A DNA stretch of 34,732 bases from a virus (taxonomy: Duplodnaviria > Caudoviricetes): the IMG/VR virus record IMGVR_UViG_3300020043_001476, positions 1 to 34,732 of that record; one strand, given 5' to 3'. Both the position numbers and the translations under genes were made by a program. Positions 1-7,920 of the stretch are shown one piece after another. A model generated the notes under the pieces. It searched no databases. It was not told the DNA's origin and saw only the letters and a list, made by a program, of their open reading frames with translations. Position 1 is the first letter of the stretch. Each line of letters begins with the position of its first letter.

Positions 1-121
1 ACGCCGCGCACGCTCGCGTCCGCATCCAAACGCGCCAGTGGCTGGCTGAGAAGTGGAAACCGAGCGTTTACGGCACCAAACAGGCGCAGATCCAGGTCAA
101 TATCCACTCGATGCGCATGGA
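1..121. repeat. Direct terminal repeat, left copy (circular-assembly overlap)
   Basis: 1-121 is identical to 34612-34732, and an ORF reads through the junction. Confidence 0.97.
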
Positions 122-179
122 TGCTCTGCGCCACGCAGAGGTCATCGAGGCCGAGTTATCCACAGGCGAGGGCAAATAA
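1..179 (+). CDS. terS: Terminase small subunit, 3' part (continues from 34359 across the junction)
   Basis: Manual translation: ...HAAHARVRIQTRQWLAEKWKPSVYGTKQAQIQVNIHSMRMDALRHAEVIEAELSTGEGK*, TAA at 177-179. The RxxxRxWxxxKxxPxxYG motif is typical of Sf6 gp1-like TerS. The gene lies upstream of terL. Confidence 0.85.
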   Translation, partial: AAHARVRIQTRQWLAEKWKPSVYGTKQAQIQVNIHSMRMDALRHAEVIEAELSTGEGK

Positions 180-241
180 GTGACTACTTATCCACAGGTC
201 AGATGGGATTGCCTGTGGATAACTGCCATTTCTGTGCATAA
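156..241. promoter_or_regulatory. Cluster of four DnaA boxes
   Basis: TTATCCACA at 156-164 and 188-196; TGTGGATAA at 214-222 (reverse perfect box); TGTGCATAA at 233-241 (reverse TTATGCACA, fits TTATNCACA). Degenerate copies at 360-368 and 381-389. Confidence 0.75.
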
Positions 242-263
242 GCACTGTCGTATGCCTGGAATA

Positions 264-291
264 ACTTAACATAATGGACAATGTAACGATT
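264..291 (-). other. dif/psi-like XerCD recombination site
   Basis: Minus strand reads AATCGTTACAT-TGTCCA-TTATGTTAAGT (11-6-11). The XerD arm matches E. coli dif TTATGTTAAAT at 10/11; the XerC arm is degenerate. Confidence 0.6.
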
Positions 292-495
292 AGGCTTTTG
301 GTAACGATAGGCCGATTCCAGCAACCATGCGGCATTGAGCGCAAGCAGTCACTAACCAGCAATCCACAGGCGCGTGCAAGTTGCGCACAGGCTGCTGGCC
401 GCGCCGGTGCTGGCCCTGGCCTGCTGGCCGCGCCGACCCCCCCTTGCGCTCGCGGCTGGGGGCAGGCTGATGCAGCACCTTAAGAAACACCGACC

Positions 496-1980
496 ATGAC
501 CCACCCCCCTACCCCGGCCCCCATCGCGCCCAGCGTCCCAAAAAAAATAAAAAAAGTTGAGACAACTCTCGACCCCACCCAGAACCCTTTTGTCGAATTC
601 GTAAGACTCTACAAGAACAACCCTGTAAGGTTCGTGCAAGAAGTGCTTGGGGTCACGCCTGACCCTTGGCAAGCTCAATTCCTGATGCACATTGCCAAAG
701 GGAATCGCAGAATAAGTGTTAGGTCTGGGCACGGGGTTGGCAAATCTACCGCTGGCGCCTGGGCCATGCTGTGGTATTTGCATTTGCGGTTCCCGGTGAA
801 GATTGTGGTCACGGCCCCCACCAGCAGCCAGCTCTATGACGCCTTATTTGCGGAACTCAAGCGCTGGATCAAGGCCATGCCGCAACTCTTGCAGGATCAG
901 CTCGAGGTCAAGCAAGACCGCATCGAGGTCAAGGATGCCGCCACCGAAGCGTTCATCTCTGCCAGGACATCACGCGCCGAGCAGCCCGAAGCCCTGCAAG
1001 GCGTACACAGCGACAACGTGATGCTGGTGGGAGATGAGGCATCGGGTATACCCGAACAGGTATTTGAGGCCGCTGGTGGCTCCATGTCTGGACACAATGC
1101 CGTGACCTTGCTGCTGGGAAACCCGGTGCGCAGCTCAGGGTTTTTCTACGACACCCACAACCGTTTGGCTGATGACTGGGTCACCATGAAGGTAGCGTGC
1201 GCTGACTCACCTCAAGTCAGCCAGGAATACATCGAGGAGATGAAGGCGCGTTACGGTGAAGAGTCGAACGCTTACCGCATCAGGGTCCTGGGTGAATTCC
1301 CACGCAGTGACGATGACACGGTGATCCCCATGGAACTGCTCGAGATGGCCTCCAACCGGGATGTTGAGGCCAGCCAGCACGCCAGGATGGTCTGGGGCTT
1401 GGACGTTGCCAGGTTCGGGTCTGACAAGTCAGCCTTGTGCAAGAGGCAGGGCAACGCTGTTACTGAACCCGTCAGGACATGGAAAAACCTGGATCTGATG
1501 CAGCTCACGGGTGCCGTTGTCGCTGAGTGGGAAGTCTTGATGCCGAGCTCCAGACCGGCAGAGATCTTGGTTGACTCGATTGGTTTGGGCGCTGGAGTGG
1601 TTGACCGGCTCAGGGAACTGGGTTTGCCAGCTCGCGGGATCAATGTGTCAGAGTCACCGGCCATGGGCAATACTTACAGAAACCTCAAGGCTGAGTTGTG
1701 GCACAAGGCCAAGGCATGGCTTGAAGCGCGTGACTGTCGGATGCCCAAAGATGAACAATTGATTGCGGAACTGGCGACAGTGCGCTACTCATTCACGTCC
1801 AGCGGGAAGATCCAGATTGAGGGGAAAGATGAGATCAGAAAGCGCGGCCTGCCGTCCCCTGACCGGGCTGATGCGTTTTGCTTGACGTTCGCAAGTGACG
1901 CTGTTGTCGGGATGTATGGGTCGAGCATGTCGGGGAAGTGGTCGCAGCCATTGCGCCGAAACCTGCCAAGGGTTGCATAA
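496..1980 (+). CDS. terL: Terminase large subunit
   Basis: Walker A SGHGVGKS, Walker B LVGDEASG, coupling motif LLGNP, nuclease motifs GLDVARFGSD and SPDRADA. Exact start uncertain. Confidence 0.96.
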   Translation: MTHPPTPAPIAPSVPKKIKKVETTLDPTQNPFVEFVRLYKNNPVRFVQEVLGVTPDPWQAQFLMHIAKGNRRISVRSGHGVGKSTAGAWAMLWYLHLRFPVKIVVTAPTSSQLYDALFAELKRWIKAMPQLLQDQLEVKQDRIEVKDAATEAFISARTSRAEQPEALQGVHSDNVMLVGDEASGIPEQVFEAAGGSMSGHNAVTLLLGNPVRSSGFFYDTHNRLADDWVTMKVACADSPQVSQEYIEEMKARYGEESNAYRIRVLGEFPRSDDDTVIPMELLEMASNRDVEASQHARMVWGLDVARFGSDKSALCKRQGNAVTEPVRTWKNLDLMQLTGAVVAEWEVLMPSSRPAEILVDSIGLGAGVVDRLRELGLPARGINVSESPAMGNTYRNLKAELWHKAKAWLEARDCRMPKDEQLIAELATVRYSFTSSGKIQIEGKDEIRKRGLPSPDRADAFCLTFASDAVVGMYGSSMSGKWSQPLRRNLPRVA

Positions 1981-1992
1981 TTGGGGGGAGAG

Positions 1993-2149
1993 CATTAACA
2001 CGCATGGGGATTGTCCTCTGCCTAGCGCCTTATAAGCGTCCGGACGGGCAAGTCAGTCCCCAGCCGTGTTGGTGTCGGGTTCGATTCCCGTGGGACGGGG
2101 GAAACACAAACGGTTCACTGCCGCCCTATCCCGCTCTGGCCCACCAACA
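1993..2149 (+). ncRNA. Candidate structured RNA with alternative long stems and tRNA-arm-like hairpins
   Basis: Stems 1993-2002/2065-2074 and 2005-2013/2054-2062; alternative stem 2067-2074/2142-2149; T-arm-like CGGG-TTCGATT-CCCG at 2076-2090; intergenic. Confidence 0.55.
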
Positions 2150-2167
2150 AACTATTTTCAAGGAGCA

Positions 2168-2368
2168 ATGACTGTGAAGATGACCAAAGCGCAAAAGAAA
2201 GTCGGCAAGGTGATGGGTGAGTACAAGGCTGGAACCCTGCACTCTGGCAAGGGCGGCAAGGTTGTGAAGAACCCCAAGCAGGCCATTGCGATTGCCATGT
2301 CTGAGGCCAAGATGCCCATGCGCGGCTCACGCACTGCCAAGAACATGAAGACCAGGGGCATGAAGTGA
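2168..2368 (+). CDS. Small Lys-rich protein (DUF6496-like)
   Basis: AGGAG RBS then ATG 2168; motif KVGKVMGEYKAGTLHSG...KQAIAIAMSEA. Confidence 0.75.
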   Translation: MTVKMTKAQKKVGKVMGEYKAGTLHSGKGGKVVKNPKQAIAIAMSEAKMPMRGSRTAKNMKTRGMK

Positions 2369-2511
2369 AGCCGGGTTTGTATGCCAACATCGCGGCCAAG
2401 CGTGAGCGCATCGCCGCTGGCTCCAAAGAGAAGATGCGCAAACCCGGCACTCCCGGCGCTCCCACTGCCAAGGCTTTCAAGCAGGCAGCCAAGACGGCCA
2501 AGAAGAAATGA
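2365..2511 (+). CDS. Small basic hypothetical protein (48 aa, not in ORF track)
   Basis: GTGA and ATGA overlaps with both neighbours; MKPGLYANIAAKRERIAAGSKEKMRKPGTPGAPTAKAFKQAAKTAKKK. Confidence 0.75.
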   Translation: MKPGLYANIAAKRERIAAGSKEKMRKPGTPGAPTAKAFKQAAKTAKKK

Positions 2512-2759
2512 TCAAGCGCGGATCTGAGACATTCTCAGGCTACAACGTGCCCAAGCGCACGCCCGGCCACAAGACCAAGAGTCATGCTGTGCTGGCAAAG
2601 TCTGGTGACGAGGTCAAGCTCATCAGGTTCGGGCAGCAAGGCGTGACTGGTTCCCCTGACGGGTCCAAGAGGAATGAGGCATTCAAGGCCAGGCACGCGC
2701 AAAACATTGCCAAGGGCAAGATGAGCGCGGCCTACTGGGCAAACAAAGTAAAGTGGTAA
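2508..2759 (+). CDS. Small basic conserved phage protein
   Basis: Coupled ORF with motif IRFGQQG...FKARH...SAAYWANKVKW. Confidence 0.75.
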   Translation: MIKRGSETFSGYNVPKRTPGHKTKSHAVLAKSGDEVKLIRFGQQGVTGSPDGSKRNEAFKARHAQNIAKGKMSAAYWANKVKW

Positions 2760-2765
2760 ACGACT

Positions 2766-3278
2766 ATGGCAACAAAAGATTATCAACGCGCAGCCGAGCA
2801 GATGATGAAGGGCAATGGCGCCAAGTGCCCCACTGCCACTCAAGACATCACGGTGAACTTGAAGAACCGTGGCAAGGCCATCAACTCTGCCGAGTACGGC
2901 CCTGAGAACCCAGCCCTGCCCAATAAACAGTTTTGGATGAAGAAGGCCAGCGCCTGGGAAGTGAGCGAGAAGGACGCGAAGACCTGTCTTTGCGGTAACT
3001 GCTCCGCATTCAATCAAGATGAGTCGATGCTCAAGTGCATCGCCAAGGGTATTGGCGAAGAAGGTGACCCCTGGGCCATGATCGATGCCGGTGACTTGGG
3101 GTACTGCGAGATCTTTGACTTCAAGTGTGCCGCCAGCCGTACTTGCGATGCCTGGGTCGCTGGCAGCGAAGAGGGCGAAGATGAAGGCGAAGACATGGGC
3201 GAAGAATACAGCGGCAATGATGCCGGGTCTGCCGGTATGGGTTCGCTGATCACGATCAATGTCGGGGCCAAGGATTGA
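2766..3278 (+). CDS. Cys-rich protein with HiPIP-like C-terminal motif
   Basis: CGNCSAF...GYCEIFDFKCAASRTCDAW followed by an acidic tail. Confidence 0.65.
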   Translation: MATKDYQRAAEQMMKGNGAKCPTATQDITVNLKNRGKAINSAEYGPENPALPNKQFWMKKASAWEVSEKDAKTCLCGNCSAFNQDESMLKCIAKGIGEEGDPWAMIDAGDLGYCEIFDFKCAASRTCDAWVAGSEEGEDEGEDMGEEYSGNDAGSAGMGSLITINVGAKD

Positions 3279-3979
3279 TCTCTCCAATCGCTGTTGCCAC
3301 CGTCAAGGGCAAGTGCTTGCGGATGATGATGACGAGCGTGCGCGAGTATGCAAGCCAGGTGCCCATCTATTTGCGCGGACCTGAGTCAGTCATTGGCCCC
3401 CATGATGCCGATCACCAAATCTATGGTGAGGCATCCACGTTTGGCGAGTGCTACAACGAGGTGATTGACCGGGTCTTTGCTGACGGGTTTGACTCTGTCG
3501 TTGTGGCAAATGATGACATAGTGCTCACCCCCACAAGCTACCAAGTACTCATTGATGACGTGATGCTGCTGAAAAAGCAAGTGCCCAAGCTGGGCTGGGT
3601 GGCCGCCAGGTGTGATGCGTCCAGGGCCACACAAAACATCAGGTCCAACCCGTTTGGCGAGGATCTGTACTATTTCAAGCACCCATGGGAAGATCACATC
3701 ATGCCCATGGAGTGCCCCTCCCCGATCTTTGCCTGGATCTCGCGTGAGGCTTGGGAGGTGGCGAAATTTCCCCCGCTGAACTGGTACTCTGATGACGTGC
3801 ATTGCACCGATTTGCTGGCCGCCGGGTTTCAGCACTACTTGTCCAGGTCCTATGTCCACCACGTTGGCAGCCAGACAATTGGCCTTGATGGCGCCAAACT
3901 GATCCAGCAGGCCACGCCCTGGCTGAGAAAGAACCGACCCGAATATGCAAAGCAGTGGTTTGATACTCAATCTGGGTAG
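3275..3979 (+). CDS. Glycosyltransferase (GT-A/GT2-like)
   Basis: VVVANDDIV (DxD-like), WYSDDVHC, YVHHVGSQT. Confidence 0.75.
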   Translation: MISPIAVATVKGKCLRMMMTSVREYASQVPIYLRGPESVIGPHDADHQIYGEASTFGECYNEVIDRVFADGFDSVVVANDDIVLTPTSYQVLIDDVMLLKKQVPKLGWVAARCDASRATQNIRSNPFGEDLYYFKHPWEDHIMPMECPSPIFAWISREAWEVAKFPPLNWYSDDVHCTDLLAAGFQHYLSRSYVHHVGSQTIGLDGAKLIQQATPWLRKNRPEYAKQWFDTQSG

Positions 3980-4478
3980 TGGCCGGGACCGGCGATCTGA
4001 GTGCGTCAACGCTGACATCAGATCAGATGTTGGCGCTGACTGGGTTGTTGATATTTCCAAGTTGACGTATGGCGAGGTGATATGGTCGCCCATTGAAAAG
4101 GTGAGCATTGAGCGCGGCATGTTCTCAAAGATCATTGCAATTGACGTGCTCGAGCACATTCCTGATCTGGTCGCGGCCATGACCAACTGCCGGGATTTGC
4201 TGGAGATGGGTGGCGAGATGCATATCTCAGTGCCCTATGACCTGAGTCTGGGTGCCTGGCAAGACCCCACGCATGTGCGTGCATTTAATGAGAACTCATG
4301 GGTTTATTACTGCGCCTGGGCTTGGTATCTTGGTTGGACTGGTTCGCGGTTCAACATGGAGCGCCTTGAGTACAAATTAAGTGCAAGCGCAGACTTAGAA
4401 TTGCCACAAGAACAATTGCTGCGCACGCCCAGGGCGGTTGAGTCAATGTATGTGGTTTTGAAGAAAGTCCCAATATGA
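3945..4478 (+). CDS. Class I SAM-dependent methyltransferase (Methyltransf_11-like)
   Basis: LNLGSG motif I, DVLEHIPDL, GAWQDPTHVRAF. Confidence 0.8.
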   Translation: MQSSGLILNLGSGRDRRSECVNADIRSDVGADWVVDISKLTYGEVIWSPIEKVSIERGMFSKIIAIDVLEHIPDLVAAMTNCRDLLEMGGEMHISVPYDLSLGAWQDPTHVRAFNENSWVYYCAWAWYLGWTGSRFNMERLEYKLSASADLELPQEQLLRTPRAVESMYVVLKKVPI

Positions 4479-6667
4479 TCAAAGATCTGGAAATCAGCAC
4501 CGACATCGCATCCGCAGAGACGATGGATGACAGTGAGCTGCAAGGCATCATCACCTCTGACCTTGAGGACGCTGTCAGCTACATCGACTCCGACCTGAGT
4601 CCCATCAGGGCCAAGGGGACCGAGTACTACCGGGGCGATCCATTTGGCAACGAGGAAGAGGGACGCTCCCAGGTTGTGGCCATGGAGGTGCGAGACACTG
4701 TCAGCGCCATGATGCCAAGCCTCATGCGGGTATTTTTCAGCACCGAGAACACGGTCGAATTCTTACCTCGCGGCCCAGAAGACGAGAAGGGTGCGCAGCA
4801 GGCCACTGACTATGCCAACCTGATTTTTAACTCGGACAACAACGGGTTTATGACCACTTATGCGATCTTCAAAGACGCACTAGTGCGTAAATGCGGCATT
4901 GCCAAGTACTGGTGGGAGGAAGAGGAAAAGGTCCGCATCGAGGAGTACTCAGGACTTGATGACCAGACCCTGCAAATCTTGTCCCAGGAAAATGCCGAGG
5001 TGAAGATTGTCGTGTCCTACCCTGACCCGGCGATCTCTCAGGAGATCATTGACCAAGTCAACGCGCAGGCCATGGCCGCAGGCCAACCGGCGCCGCAAGT
5101 GCCCATGCTGCATGATGTCCAGATCAAGCGCATTGTCAAAGATGGGCGCGTGCGGATCATGGCCGTGCCGCCCGAGGAGCTTGTGATTGATCGCCGGGCA
5201 CGGTCCTTTGATGATGCTGCCCTGATTGCGCACCGCCAGATGCTGACCGTGGCCGACCTGATCGGCATGGGCTATGACGAGGACGAGATCCGCGACAACC
5301 TGACCTCCAACGACCTGGACTCCAACGAGGAATTTTTGGCGCGTCAGCCTTTGAACAACATCACGGGCAACAACAACACGACCAACCCCATGATGCAGCG
5401 GGTTTTATACGTTGAGGCGTACTCCCAAGTGGACTATGACGGGGACGGTATCCCCGAGCTGCGCAAGATCTGCTGCATGGGTTCGGGCTACAACATTGTG
5501 CGCAACCTGCCTGCGTCATACATTCCCTTTGTTGACTTTCCATGCGATCCAGAACCCCACACCTCGCCCCTGGAATCCATGTCGATTTTCGACATCACGC
5601 ATGATTTGCAAGAGATCAAGTCCGAGATCTTGCGCAACACGCTGGACTCTTTGGCCCAGTCGATCCACCCCCGGACCGCGATTGTTGAGGGCCAGGTCAA
5701 CATTGATGACGTGCTCAACAATGAGACTGGCGCCGTGATCAGGATGCGTGCCCCCGGCATGGTGCAGCCATTCAACACCCCCTTTGTGGGCCAGGCCGCA
5801 TTTCCCATGCTGGACTATGTGGACCAGATCAAGGAAGACCGTACCGGCATGAGCAAGGCCGCCATGGGTTTGAATGCTGACGCCTTGCAGTCGAGCACCA
5901 AGGCCGCGGTGGCCGCCACCATCAGCGCAAGCCAGGGCCGCATTGAGCTGACCTCGCGCATCTTGGCCGAGGGCATGAAAAAGCTCTTTAAGGGCATCTT
6001 GTTCTTGATCACCACGCACCAGGACAAGCCCCGCATGGTGCGCCTGCGCAACGAGTGGGTGCAGATCGACCCCCGCGCCTGGGACAACTCCATGGACGTG
6101 TCGATCAACATTGGCCTGGGCCAGGGTGACGTGAACGAGCGCTTGCAGGGTCTGATGATGATCATGCAAAAGCAAGAGCAGGCACTGAGCACCATGGGTG
6201 CCGACAACCCCTTTGTGACCATGACCCAACTTTCGCGCACGCTGCGCAAGATTGTGGAGTTGTCAGGGTTTCGTGACGCCAGCCAGTACTTCAAAGATGT
6301 GCCCGAAGGGTACATGCCGCCACAGAAACCTGAGACCCCAACGCCAGAGCAGGTGCTGGCCCAGGTCCAGGCTGAATCCATCCAGGCCGATATCCAGAAA
6401 AAGGCTGCCGAGCTTGAACTGAGGCGTGAGCAGATGATTCGGGACGATGACTATCGTAGAGATCAACTCGCGCAGGACTTAATGCTCAAGAAGTACGAAT
6501 TAGAGTTAAAGTACGGGGCTGCGATAAGTACTGCCGAGCTTGATGCCCAGCAGTCTTTGGACAGAGAGGCACTGCGCCAGCAGTCAGCTCTCATGGCCCA
6601 GGCCATGCAGCAGCCGACCCAGGCACCAGTGCCGCCCATCAACCCTAACAGTGGAATGGTTCAATGA
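4475..6667 (+). CDS. Portal protein (P22-like)
   Basis: 730 aa, sits upstream of scaffold and capsid; YYRGDPFGNEEEGRSQVV N-terminal motif; Gln-rich coiled-coil C-terminus. Confidence 0.9.
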   Translation: MIKDLEISTDIASAETMDDSELQGIITSDLEDAVSYIDSDLSPIRAKGTEYYRGDPFGNEEEGRSQVVAMEVRDTVSAMMPSLMRVFFSTENTVEFLPRGPEDEKGAQQATDYANLIFNSDNNGFMTTYAIFKDALVRKCGIAKYWWEEEEKVRIEEYSGLDDQTLQILSQENAEVKIVVSYPDPAISQEIIDQVNAQAMAAGQPAPQVPMLHDVQIKRIVKDGRVRIMAVPPEELVIDRRARSFDDAALIAHRQMLTVADLIGMGYDEDEIRDNLTSNDLDSNEEFLARQPLNNITGNNNTTNPMMQRVLYVEAYSQVDYDGDGIPELRKICCMGSGYNIVRNLPASYIPFVDFPCDPEPHTSPLESMSIFDITHDLQEIKSEILRNTLDSLAQSIHPRTAIVEGQVNIDDVLNNETGAVIRMRAPGMVQPFNTPFVGQAAFPMLDYVDQIKEDRTGMSKAAMGLNADALQSSTKAAVAATISASQGRIELTSRILAEGMKKLFKGILFLITTHQDKPRMVRLRNEWVQIDPRAWDNSMDVSINIGLGQGDVNERLQGLMMIMQKQEQALSTMGADNPFVTMTQLSRTLRKIVELSGFRDASQYFKDVPEGYMPPQKPETPTPEQVLAQVQAESIQADIQKKAAELELRREQMIRDDDYRRDQLAQDLMLKKYELELKYGAAISTAELDAQQSLDREALRQQSALMAQAMQQPTQAPVPPINPNSGMVQ

Positions 6668-6924
6668 ACGAAGATCAGGTGCGTAAGGGCCGAAAGGCCG
6701 AGCAGTTGCTGCAAGACGAGGTCTTTGCGGCTGCGCTGGAAAAGCTCGAGAACGAGCAGTTGTGGGTTTTCAAGGGCAGCAAGCCCGAGGAGGCCGACAA
6801 GCGCGAGCAGGCTTACGCCATGATCAAGGCCATTGAGTTGTTCAAGACCGAAGTCACCAAGATGGTGGACAACGGCAAACTGGCGCAGCGAGCAATTGAA
6901 CGCGCCCAGAAAGTCACCGTATGA
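6664..6924 (+). CDS. Small helical protein between portal and scaffold
   Basis: ATGA-coupled on both sides; 86 aa. Confidence 0.8.
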   Translation: MNEDQVRKGRKAEQLLQDEVFAAALEKLENEQLWVFKGSKPEEADKREQAYAMIKAIELFKTEVTKMVDNGKLAQRAIERAQKVTV

Positions 6925-7916
6925 GCACGCAGGCAGCACAACCAAACGCCCCTGCGGGTCCAATGAATTTGGCCGAAGCGGCCAACGCTCTCGAGGGAAT
7001 ACTGCCAGTTGATGGAGAACAGTCGCCCGAAGAGACGCAGTTGTCAGAGTCCGAAGAGGATGATGGCGCGGCCTTGAGCGAAGAATTGTCAGCGGATGCA
7101 GACGCTGCTGACGAGGAAACGCAAGAGGAACAGTCCGAAGAAAATGAGGAATCAGAGGAAGAAGAACAGCCAACCGTCTTCACCGTCAAAGTTGACGGCA
7201 AGGAAGTCGAGGTGACGCTGGACGAACTCCAAAAAGGTTACTCAAGAACCCAGGACTACACACGCAAAACGCAGCAGATCGCCGAGATCAGGAAACAGGT
7301 CGAGGCTGAGACTGAGGCAGTGCGTGCCGAACGTGCGCAGTACGCACAGATGTTGGGAGCGTTACAGGCCCAGCTCCAGAGTGCCGACACACAGATCGAT
7401 TGGGACCGTCTCTACCAAGAAGACCCCATCGAATGGGTGCGGCAAAAAGAGGTGATGCGTGAGAAACAGGAAAAGCTCCAAGCTATTCAGTTTGAACAGC
7501 AACGAGTGGCCCAGCTCACGCAGCAAGAACAGCAGCAGCATTTCCAGACGCATTTGCAAGAGCAGCACTCAAAGCTGCTCGAGGTCATTCCCGAGTGGAA
7601 GGACCAAGCAAAAGCGAAAACAGAAAAGCAGTTGCTGGTCGAATTCGGGAAGAAGACCGGATTTACACCCGAGGAGTTGAGTGCCATTGTGGATCACAGG
7701 GCGGTTGTCGCGTTGCGTAAAGCAGCGCTATACGATCAAATGATGACCAAGCGAAAAGCAATCACCCCCGTGACCAATAACGGTCCACGGCCAGCCAAGC
7801 CAGGTGCAGCAGGCCGGGTATCCCAAACAACTGAAGCAACCCGCGCCAAACAGCGTCTCGCAAAGACTGGCCGTGTCGATGATGCGGCCTCCGCAATCTA
7901 TCAACTTTTGAGGTAA
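6921..7916 (+). CDS. Capsid scaffolding protein
   Basis: Acidic N-terminus, VKVDGKEVEVTLDELQKGYSRTQDYTRKTQ motif, coiled coil; directly upstream of the capsid gene. Confidence 0.88.
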   Translation: MSTQAAQPNAPAGPMNLAEAANALEGILPVDGEQSPEETQLSESEEDDGAALSEELSADADAADEETQEEQSEENEESEEEEQPTVFTVKVDGKEVEVTLDELQKGYSRTQDYTRKTQQIAEIRKQVEAETEAVRAERAQYAQMLGALQAQLQSADTQIDWDRLYQEDPIEWVRQKEVMREKQEKLQAIQFEQQRVAQLTQQEQQQHFQTHLQEQHSKLLEVIPEWKDQAKAKTEKQLLVEFGKKTGFTPEELSAIVDHRAVVALRKAALYDQMMTKRKAITPVTNNGPRPAKPGAAGRVSQTTEATRAKQRLAKTGRVDDAASAIYQLLR

Positions 7917-7920
7917 CACC

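Noticed and set aside
1-121. Biological terminal repeat
   Set aside because: It falls mid-gene with exact identity, which is more consistent with assembler overlap of a circular or permuted genome.
53-490. Short ORFs between terS and terL
   Set aside because: They overlap terS or the DnaA/Xer sites, lack an RBS and show no protein motifs.
2020-2146. Intact tRNA-Ile(UAU) gene
   Set aside because: Anticodon-like and T-like arms are present, but spacing is wrong and no D-arm or acceptor stem could be built; kept only as a structured-RNA candidate.
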